Below, piece by piece: positions 9,632 through 16,766 of a stretch of DNA of 32,000 nt; the first letter of the stretch is position 1; every line of letters begins with the position of its first letter. Below the pieces are notes generated by a model. The model ran no database searches. It was given only the letters and a program-made list of their open reading frames with translations, and had not been told where the DNA came from. This stretch comes from an uncultured Bacteriovoracaceae bacterium (GTDB lineage Bacteria; Bdellovibrionota; Bacteriovoracia; Bacteriovoracales; Bacteriovoracaceae). A program made the translations under genes and the position numbers. The stretch spans positions 822 to 32,821 of the forward strand of contig CAXGUD010000001.1 of NCBI GenBank assembly GCA_964012805.1, written 5' to 3'.

Positions 9632-10714
9632 TTAAGAAACACCACAAGGTGATTTTAGTAGTGGCCCTCCTAATTCAAAAACATAGGTCTCGCCCCAATT
9701 AGGCTTTAAATAATACACTTCACCTGGGATAAGATTTTCTATACCTCGTTTTTGTACCTGTAATTCAAGGCCATCCTCTTGCTTAAAGAAAGAAAAAGTT
9801 TCCAAACCATCAAATTCCTGATCTACCAACAGTGCCTCTAAGCAATGGTCGTCCTTTTTATTTACTATTTCTATATTTCCAGGCCTTATGCCTAAAAAGT
9901 ATTCGCCTAAGCCTACCCCTTTCAAATGAGTGGGAACAGGAAACGAAGACGCTTGCCCTAAAACAAGCTGAGACTCTTGTACACGACCTCTTAAAAGATT
10001 CATGGGAGGCTCACTCATCATCTGAGCGGTCTTAATATTGAGCGGCTTTTCAAATACATTCCGGGCCTTATCGTGCTGAAGAATCTGACCATCTTGTAAA
10101 ACAATCGTATCGCCACCCAGACTTAGGGCCTCCCTTGGATCAGCAGTTGCGTAGACAACCGTTGAAGAGCCTTTCTTCAAAATATCCTTTAATTCTTCAC
10201 GGAGTTGCTCCCTCAACTTGTAATCGAGGTTGACAAGAGGATCGTCCAAAAGAAGGAGGTCTGCATCCTTCGCCAGGGCCCTGGCAAAAGCACACCTCTG
10301 CTGCTGTCCACCTGATAACTCCGTCGGTAGACGCTTTAAAAAGTCATGTAGCCCAAATAGCTTGGCCAGCTCTTCAACTTTTTGATTGATTACGCCCTTA
10401 GCGCAACCCCTTCTTCTAAGGGGCGATGCAATATTTTCAAAAACTGTTAAGTTTGGGTAGTTAATAAACTCTTGGTATACAACAGCTATATTTCTTTTCC
10501 TTGGACTCAACCCTGATATATTCACTCCTTTTTGAAGAAGTCTTCCACCACACGGCTTCACAAGACCTGCCAAAACACGAAGTAACGTCGTTCTTTCTCG
10601 GCTTGCAGTCGAAAGAAGACCATGAAGAGTTCCCTCTTCAATTCTGAGGTTTATTCCTGCCAGGATATCTTTTCCTTCATCACGTACAGCAATATTTTCC
10701 ATCACCAAGGCCAT
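9632..10714 (-). CDS. ABC transporter ATPase-like subunit with degenerate Walker A, Walker B and H-loop but intact LSGGQ
   Basis: LSGGQQQRCAFARAL is intact. Walker A position reads LLSTASRERTT, Walker B reads LLLLDDP and the H-loop reads YATADP. A MalK-type C-terminal domain is present. Confidence 0.85.
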   Translation of the reverse strand: MALVMENIAVRDEGKDILAGINLRIEEGTLHGLLSTASRERTTLLRVLAGLVKPCGGRLLQKGVNISGLSPRKRNIAVVYQEFINYPNLTVFENIASPLRRRGCAKGVINQKVEELAKLFGLHDFLKRLPTELSGGQQQRCAFARALAKDADLLLLDDPLVNLDYKLREQLREELKDILKKGSSTVVYATADPREALSLGGDTIVLQDGQILQHDKARNVFEKPLNIKTAQMMSEPPMNLLRGRVQESQLVLGQASSFPVPTHLKGVGLGEYFLGIRPGNIEIVNKKDDHCLEALLVDQEFDGLETFSFFKQEDGLELQVQKRGIENLIPGEVYYLKPNWGETYVFELGGPLLKSPCGVS

Positions 10715-10897
10715 GATTGGAATTTCCTTTACTAGAATTAAGGACCTTTAGTCCCTAAAACAATTTCATTAACTTGAGTTAAATTGAGTAAGGGCGAGTT
10801 TAGAACAAGAGTCTTATCATTTCAAGAAATCCTATCAGGAATAATAAATCCTTGATCAAGAAAAGTTAAACGCGCTGTCTCCTAAGCAGTGGGGACC

Positions 10898-11263
10898 TCA
10901 GAGAGAGTCCAAAAGCTCATAGAGTTCTTCGAGAATTAAAGGCTTTTGAAGAAAGAAACTTAAAGACAAAGAAGATGCCAAAGCTTTTACTTCTTTAATA
11001 TTTCCTGAGATAAAGACAATGATAGTATTTTGATTCGGCCCATCAGAGTTCCTGATATCCACGGCCAAATTTGCACCTTTAATCACAGGCATCCTGTGGT
11101 CTAAAAAAATAACATCAAAAGCTTCATTATCAAGAAGATCTTTATATTGGTCTTTTTCACTAGCGATAGAAACTTCATATGAAGATCTGAGTTCAAGACC
11201 TTGCTTAAGCATTTCAAGAATTTCTTCTTCGTCGTCAATAATAAGTATCTTTTTTTTGCCCAT
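10898..11263 (-). CDS. single-domain response regulator (CheY-like receiver)
   Basis: KKILIIDDEEE...DVIFLDHRMP...FISG...KP receiver pattern. I prefer the ATG at 11263 because AGGTGGG lies 4 nt upstream. The GTG at 11272 used by the ORF track lies inside that Shine-Dalgarno. Confidence 0.8.
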   Translation of the reverse strand: MGKKKILIIDDEEEILEMLKQGLELRSSYEVSIASEKDQYKDLLDNEAFDVIFLDHRMPVIKGANLAVDIRNSDGPNQNTIIVFISGNIKEVKALASSLSLSFFLQKPLILEELYELLDSL

Positions 11264-11365
11264 AAAACCCACCTGGCTTACCTGACTACACCGTTTAAGT
11301 AATAAACCGATTTCTTTTTCAATTTTACCTGAAATCCAAAAAGATTGAAGGCGTTATCTTTCCAT

Positions 11366-11384
11366 TGTGATAGAAAAGATCACA
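11366..11384. promoter_or_regulatory. perfect inverted repeat TGTGAT-N7-ATCACA in a divergent promoter region
   Basis: TGTGATAGAAAAGATCACA read directly. It lies between the divergently oriented receiver gene and the first gene of the motor-like cluster. Confidence 0.3.
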
Positions 11385-11543
11385 GAACTCATTTAGAAAA
11401 CTGTTTTAGTCTCTTTCTTTCTATGGCCACCAAATAAAAACCTTTAATAATTTTATTTAAAGTCGACAAGAACTAACAATAAGGAATTGTTTTTTAGAAG
11501 TTTTAATTTCTAAAACCGGAGTTTGAAGGAAAATAAAAAAAAA

Positions 11544-12587
11544 ATGCATAGAACAATTAAATCATTCACCCTTATTGTATTTCTTATCCTGATCATACTA
11601 CAAGACAGATCAAAAGCCGCATCTGAGAAGACCGCTTCCCCCGTTTATAATACTTTTGAATACTTGCTAGGAGAATTCAAAGCAGATATTGATGGTCTTG
11701 CAAAAAAAGTTAGTAATTCGATCCTTCTTAAAGTTTCAGTTGAAGGAGATATAGATAAAACCTTTAATAGGCATGTTAGGCGGTCTTTAGAGTCTTTTCG
11801 CATTAAAGGAAAAAAGTTTCGCTTCCGCCAATGTAAGGCCTGTACTTCTTTAAGGGCCGAAACGATAGGCAATCAAATATACCTTAAAAAGGGAATTACA
11901 GAATTTAAGGATATTCAGGAAATCACTCAAAAACTTGGAACAATGTCTTACGCGGAAGCAAGTGTCGAGGATACCGGAACAAGGCTCATTTTTAAGGTTT
12001 CTTTTTTTAGCTCGCTCAATGCAGAACTTCTTTGGAGTAAAACCTATCAAATGAGGCTCGTCAGCTTTGGTGACCTCAGTTTTACAGCAGCGCTTGAAGT
12101 TAAACAGGCCTTTGGAAGAAATAGCCCTCTTCTTTTTAATGCCTCTTTTGGTGAAAAAATCTATGGTATAGGCCTTATTGACCTCAATGTCACACTAGGC
12201 TTAGCATCAGGGAAAGATAACCCCGAGCAAAAAAAAGGTAGTAGTATCGTCCTTAACCCCAATGAAGATTATGTGAACAGTTACTTTGCTATAGGGCCAA
12301 GGTTAACAGTTAACATTAACGAATTTTTTCAAATGTATTCAAACTGGGGAAGTCAGTTTATCTATGCAGGAACCGGTTTTTGCCAATACACTCGATTGAA
12401 AACAAGCAACGATACAGAAGCACCTACTGGAAAATGGGGCCTTCATATTGAAGCGGGGTATGGAGTTCATCTGGGTAGAACTTTTCTCATCACAGCAGGT
12501 TTAAACAAAGGTCTTTTTCTCAGTTCAGATGACAAAGATCAGGATTATCCTCTTCTCTTTAATATAGGATTTGGATTTAGGTTTTAA
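11544..12587 (+). CDS. outer-membrane beta-barrel protein with N-terminal periplasmic domain
   Basis: Signal peptide MHRTIKSFTLIVFLILIILQDRSKA. The C-terminal half has alternating amphipathic strands and ends ...FNIGFGFRF (terminal Phe). ATG 11544 is preferred over TTG 11523, which sits only 1 nt after GGAG. Confidence 0.6.
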   Translation: MHRTIKSFTLIVFLILIILQDRSKAASEKTASPVYNTFEYLLGEFKADIDGLAKKVSNSILLKVSVEGDIDKTFNRHVRRSLESFRIKGKKFRFRQCKACTSLRAETIGNQIYLKKGITEFKDIQEITQKLGTMSYAEASVEDTGTRLIFKVSFFSSLNAELLWSKTYQMRLVSFGDLSFTAALEVKQAFGRNSPLLFNASFGEKIYGIGLIDLNVTLGLASGKDNPEQKKGSSIVLNPNEDYVNSYFAIGPRLTVNINEFFQMYSNWGSQFIYAGTGFCQYTRLKTSNDTEAPTGKWGLHIEAGYGVHLGRTFLITAGLNKGLFLSSDDKDQDYPLLFNIGFGFRF

Positions 12588-12606
12588 TTTAAGCAAGCAT
12601 TTTTGA

Positions 12607-13302
12607 ATGAGTGTTATCCCCAAAAAGAGAAAAACCATGATGAAAAAATTATTAATTTCTTTTTTTATCCTTGGACCGTTAACTCAATTGAGTTTCTCTC
12701 AAACATCAATCAAAGAAAAAGACGGCTATATCATCATAAAAGAAGGAAAAAGCCGGGTTCAACTCAACCTTCCGGAAGAAATGAAAGGAGCTGATTCCTA
12801 CATTATAAAGGTGAACAAACTTACAGACTCCAAATCTATTAACGCCGACATTTTAAACCGATCGAAAAACCTAGGTCTTTTTAAAAAAACAAAGGATGAT
12901 CTTAAAAAAGGAGCCGTTAACGAAGCCCTTAAAATTGAATTAATCAAAAAAAGCAATGAAGGAACTTTGAGTAAAAAAGAATTAAAGCTTCTCAATGACT
13001 TAAAGGATCAAGAAAAAGATATTAACAAGAAAAAGAATTTAGATGTTATCACAAACCTTGCCATTGAGAGTTATCTTAAAAAGGCTAATGACGCCTACAA
13101 TGCGAAAAATTATAAAAAGGCCCTTCATTACTCGGAAATGGCCGATCAATTAGACTCTAAAAATTATCGAATCAAGGCCATGATAGGTTCACTTCACTAC
13201 CGATTAGGAAATGACCAACTCGCCAAAAAGTATTGGACGGATTCGCTAAAGTTCAACCCCAACCAACCGAATATTAAGCTGTACATGAGAAAAATAAGGT
13301 AA
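12607..13302 (+). CDS. secreted TPR-repeat protein
   Basis: Signal peptide MMKKLLISFFILGPLTQLSFSQ, so the true start is probably the in-frame ATG at 12637. C-terminal TPR-like repeats: AYNAKNYKKALHYSEMADQLDSKNYRIKAMIGSLHYRLGNDQLAKKYWTDSLKFNPNQ. Confidence 0.7.
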   Translation: MSVIPKKRKTMMKKLLISFFILGPLTQLSFSQTSIKEKDGYIIIKEGKSRVQLNLPEEMKGADSYIIKVNKLTDSKSINADILNRSKNLGLFKKTKDDLKKGAVNEALKIELIKKSNEGTLSKKELKLLNDLKDQEKDINKKKNLDVITNLAIESYLKKANDAYNAKNYKKALHYSEMADQLDSKNYRIKAMIGSLHYRLGNDQLAKKYWTDSLKFNPNQPNIKLYMRKIR

Positions 13303-13377
13303 TTTTTTTAAAAGTGACAAACGTTTCAATCTTAAATGACTTACCTTTTAAGACTGTTCGTTTATGAAGAGATGTAA

Positions 13378-15186
13378 ATGAGGCTTAATTTAAAATTAAA
13401 ATATTTATGGATCTTCTTAATTTTTCTTCTCTTCAGCGGGCCTAAAGGTGCTTTTACACAAGAAGCATCTCTTATGAGGAACCAACTTCAGCTCGAAAGT
13501 GAACTTAATTCACAAGTAAGAAAAGAGCTCCTCCAAGTTTTCAAAAAAGAGGAATTTATTATCTCTTCCTCTATAAAATTAAAAAGTTACAGAGTTACAA
13601 AAGTTCTGGAACAAGAAAGCCAAATAAACAAACAACCTAAAAAAAAGGGAAGTGAGCAAGAAATACTGCCAGGTTTTTACGATTCTGCCCCCTCAATAAC
13701 AAACGAAATGGCCAATGAACAAGTAAGAAAAGTATATGGCCACGAAACAAAAACTGAATTAGAAAAGGCCCAATTGAAGATTTTAGTCGATGAAAGCGTA
13801 ACAGATACCAGGCTTGACGCAGCAAAAAAATTACTCACTCAAAGGTTAACAAATAGCTTTGGAGGAAAAATTGACATCCAATTCCTCCCAGCTGTCCTCA
13901 AATCAAAATTAGCACCAGTTCCTTTTTACCAAGAGTTTACTGGATACCTAAAGGATAATATGGGACTGCTTCTCCTGTTTTTTTGTTCACTTATCTTTCT
14001 TTTTGTCCTTGCTTCTTTAATCAACCGTATAAGGCCAAAAGATCAAATGCCTCCGGTTTGGTCATATAACCCACCTATGACACCCCCAATAGATTCAATG
14101 GGAGGCTTTGGTGGCCCCCCTCCTCTTCCTGGAGGAGGTCAAAGACCTCATATAGAATTAGGCCCCAACACTCTTCCCCTACCAGGAAGTCATGAAAAAG
14201 AACTTGATGAATTAGAAATAGACAAAAAAATAAACAAATTTGTTAGCGTTATATGCAAAGAACCTTTTGTCACAAGAAAGTTTTTTCAGACCCTTGATAG
14301 AGATAATCAAAAAAGCTTTATGGCGCTTTTTACAAGTAAGAGTTCAAAAGTGGCGCTTGGAGAATTTTTTGGAGAAACACTTTTAGGACCAGAAGCAGGC
14401 GATATTGCCAGTCTGGACAATGAGATGGACCTTGAGGAAAAAGCCGAATTTTTAGAGTTTATCTCTCTAGAACATGATAGATTTAAAAACCTTATGGCCA
14501 TCAAAAATGGCCAGCGTTTTTCTATTTTATCTCTTATGAATGATAAGGAACTTCAATACGTCTTTTCGAATGAGTCCCCCAGAGATATTGCTTTTCTCCT
14601 TCACTTTCTTCCAAGAGACTCCATTTCTGGTGTTTTAAGCAGGATGGATAGCGAACAGAAAACTGAAATTATTTTAAACTTGAAAAAGTCCTCTCAATTA
14701 TCAGGAGAAGATGAAAGAGAAATTGAAGAAAGGCTTAATAAAAAAATTAATACTTTTGCCTCAAGCGCTTTTTCAACTTTCATGAGTGAAGACTCCTTAG
14801 TTGGAAGTATCTTAGATGAGTCCGATAATGCCCAAGAAATTTTAGATAGAATATCAAGTAAAGATAAAAACCTTGCTAAAAGCTTCAAATCCCACTCATT
14901 AAACTTTGATTATTTTATAGAAAATGAATTGGACTCTCTTGCAAGAATTTTTGAAACAATACCAAATGAAATGTTGGCCTTAAGCCTTATCGAATATGGT
15001 AAAGATGAAAGATCAACAATTTTAGAAGCACTTTCCCCCACAAGGAGAAAAGTCATCGCTTCTTCAATGCTCATGAACTCAAAAGCATCACACGAAGAAA
15101 TAAGAAAAGCCAAATTAGAGTCATCTAAGATTGCTCGGAAAACCTATCAATTATTACAAAGAAATAAAATGGGTAAGGCATCATGA
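13378..15186 (+). CDS. membrane-anchored FliG-like protein (periplasmic FliF/YscJ-like region, TM, Pro/Gly linker, FliG middle and C domains)
   Basis: Signal/TM at aa 1-27 and a second TM near aa 195-216. PPPLPGGG-rich linker. ESPRDIAFLLHFLPRDSISGVLSRM resembles FliG EHPQTIALILSYL. IPNEMLALSLIEYGKDERSTILEALSPTRRKVIASSM resembles the FliG C-domain pattern. Confidence 0.6.
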   Translation: MRLNLKLKYLWIFLIFLLFSGPKGAFTQEASLMRNQLQLESELNSQVRKELLQVFKKEEFIISSSIKLKSYRVTKVLEQESQINKQPKKKGSEQEILPGFYDSAPSITNEMANEQVRKVYGHETKTELEKAQLKILVDESVTDTRLDAAKKLLTQRLTNSFGGKIDIQFLPAVLKSKLAPVPFYQEFTGYLKDNMGLLLLFFCSLIFLFVLASLINRIRPKDQMPPVWSYNPPMTPPIDSMGGFGGPPPLPGGGQRPHIELGPNTLPLPGSHEKELDELEIDKKINKFVSVICKEPFVTRKFFQTLDRDNQKSFMALFTSKSSKVALGEFFGETLLGPEAGDIASLDNEMDLEEKAEFLEFISLEHDRFKNLMAIKNGQRFSILSLMNDKELQYVFSNESPRDIAFLLHFLPRDSISGVLSRMDSEQKTEIILNLKKSSQLSGEDEREIEERLNKKINTFASSAFSTFMSEDSLVGSILDESDNAQEILDRISSKDKNLAKSFKSHSLNFDYFIENELDSLARIFETIPNEMLALSLIEYGKDERSTILEALSPTRRKVIASSMLMNSKASHEEIRKAKLESSKIARKTYQLLQRNKMGKAS

Positions 15187-15240
15187 ATGAAGATAAGGAA
15201 AAAAATAGTTTTATAAAACCAAACAAAATAAAGGTCTAAA

Positions 15241-15990
15241 ATGCTAGCGAGATTACTACAACTCCCCTTCAGAATTTTGGGAATAGCCTTGATTTTGGCC
15301 GGGACCTATATTTGTGTTAAGTATGATGTGAAGCCTTCTTATTACGGTATTTACCATCCACCATCTCTTGCCCTTGTTGGTTTAGTTTTGGCCGGTGTGG
15401 CGATGTTCAGCTATAAAATTCAAACACTCTTTAGTATTTTCTTAGGTTGCTTAGGTGAATCACCCAGTTCATGCCGCTCCTATTTTCAAATCATGGAAAA
15501 AAAACTACCGGAACTTATTGACGTTTACTTTAGTGAAGGGCCCTCGGCACTAACCTCTCGCCTCCCTAACGGGTCAGAAAAAGAGCTTTGGCTTCAGGTC
15601 TTTACTAAGTTAGAAGCACAAATTTCACCAAGTGATTTGATTCAGGTTATGAATAAATATGCTTCTGACTATAAATCAAGAATCAATAGAGAAGTTTTAG
15701 TCGCCGGAACGGTAGGAAGTTTGGCCCCAACAATAGGTGTTTTAGGTACAGTTTTGGGCCTTATAAAACTTTTAGGGAACCTTCAGGACTTTTCAAGCTT
15801 GGGTTCTAATATGGCCTTGGCACTGATAACAACTCTTTATGGAATTGTTTTCAATGCGCTTCTCATAACTCCCGTTGTAGGTCGGTTAGAGGAATATAGG
15901 ACCTTTAGGCTTCAAATTTTTAGACAGATAATTTATTGGCTTGAATGCCTGGAACAAAAAAGAGCAGGCAGTGTTATAGAGCATAAATAG
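15241..15990 (+). CDS. MotA/PomA-type stator channel protein (MotA/TolQ/ExbB family)
   Basis: 4-TM MotA topology: two N-terminal TMs, a cytoplasmic loop of about 90 aa, then two C-terminal TMs. Conserved prolines occur in SLAPTIGVLGTVLGL and ALITTLYGIVFNALLITPVVGRL. Confidence 0.8.
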   Translation: MLARLLQLPFRILGIALILAGTYICVKYDVKPSYYGIYHPPSLALVGLVLAGVAMFSYKIQTLFSIFLGCLGESPSSCRSYFQIMEKKLPELIDVYFSEGPSALTSRLPNGSEKELWLQVFTKLEAQISPSDLIQVMNKYASDYKSRINREVLVAGTVGSLAPTIGVLGTVLGLIKLLGNLQDFSSLGSNMALALITTLYGIVFNALLITPVVGRLEEYRTFRLQIFRQIIYWLECLEQKRAGSVIEHK

Positions 15991-16020
15991 TCTATAAAAA
16001 ATAAGGAGTCACAACTCCAG

Positions 16021-16713
16021 ATGACCAAAAAACGTCATAAGGAAAAAGCTTCCTCTTTCGATGATGACCAAGAAAGCGGAGCTGAGAGCATTTCTAAATC
16101 TAGCTGGGCCGCATCCTATGGTGATGTTGTTAGTGTTCTTTTGTGTTTTTTTATCATCCTTTCAACAACAAGTAATATGAATTCAAAAAATGTTGAAAAA
16201 ATGAAAGAGGCCATGAGTGATGAAACACCTCAAGGTAAAAAGAAAAAGCTCAAATCAAAAGACGTCATGAAAAAACTCAAAGAGATAATTAAAATAAAAA
16301 ATCTTCAGAAGGATATCACTCTTGTAGAGGAACTTGACGGAACAAAGCTCATTATTAATGATCGTCTTCTTTTTTCTTCAGGAGGCGCAAAAATCATGCC
16401 TGAAAACATCGGAGAAATAAGAGAAATTATAAGAAGCTTTATCGACCTACCACCTCACTACCGGTTTAAAGTCGAAGGCCATACAGATGATGTTCCCATC
16501 AAAAGTAGAAAATTTCCTACAAATTGGCACCTCTCAGTTTCAAGGGCCCTTTCTCTTTTACAAGTTTTTCTTCAAGAAGGTATTTATGAAAAAAGACTAA
16601 GCTTCCATGGCTTTGCTTCATTCCAACCTCTTGCAAAAACTGAGGGGCTTCAGGGTGAAGACCTTAGAAAGGCCAGAAAAAAGAACAGAAGAGTTGTCAT
16701 TAAGGTTTACTGA
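16021..16713 (+). CDS. MotB-like stator protein with OmpA-type peptidoglycan-binding domain
   Basis: N-terminal SWAASYGDVVSVLLCFFIIL (conserved Asp before a single TM). C-terminal VEGHTDDVPI...NWHLSVSRA...NRRVVIKV OmpA/MotB domain. Confidence 0.8.
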   Translation: MTKKRHKEKASSFDDDQESGAESISKSSWAASYGDVVSVLLCFFIILSTTSNMNSKNVEKMKEAMSDETPQGKKKKLKSKDVMKKLKEIIKIKNLQKDITLVEELDGTKLIINDRLLFSSGGAKIMPENIGEIREIIRSFIDLPPHYRFKVEGHTDDVPIKSRKFPTNWHLSVSRALSLLQVFLQEGIYEKRLSFHGFASFQPLAKTEGLQGEDLRKARKKNRRVVIKVY

Positions 16714-16766
16714 CTCAACAATCATCCATTAAAATAACTTATCAACAAAGAAGATGAATTTATTTT

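Noticed and set aside
11366-11384. Reading TGTGA...TCACA as a CRP-binding site.
   Set aside because: The pentamers are separated by 9 nt, not the canonical 6. I kept it only as a generic palindromic operator candidate.
11645-15113. Short antisense or alternate-frame ORFs 11645..11872, 11850..12050, 12603..12794, 12798..12995, 13637..13825, 14307..14504, 14694..14888 and 14910..15113.
   Set aside because: They are embedded in the long plus-strand cluster genes and are typical shadow ORFs of AT-rich coding sequence. 12603..12794 is simply another frame over the start of the TPR gene.
15241-16713. MotA/MotB homologues as a Zorya-type anti-phage system (ZorAB).
   Set aside because: The MotA-like protein is only 249 aa with ordinary MotA topology and lacks the long C-terminal tail of ZorA. 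There are no ZorC/D-like helicase or nuclease genes nearby. The neighbours are FliG-like, OMP and TPR genes.
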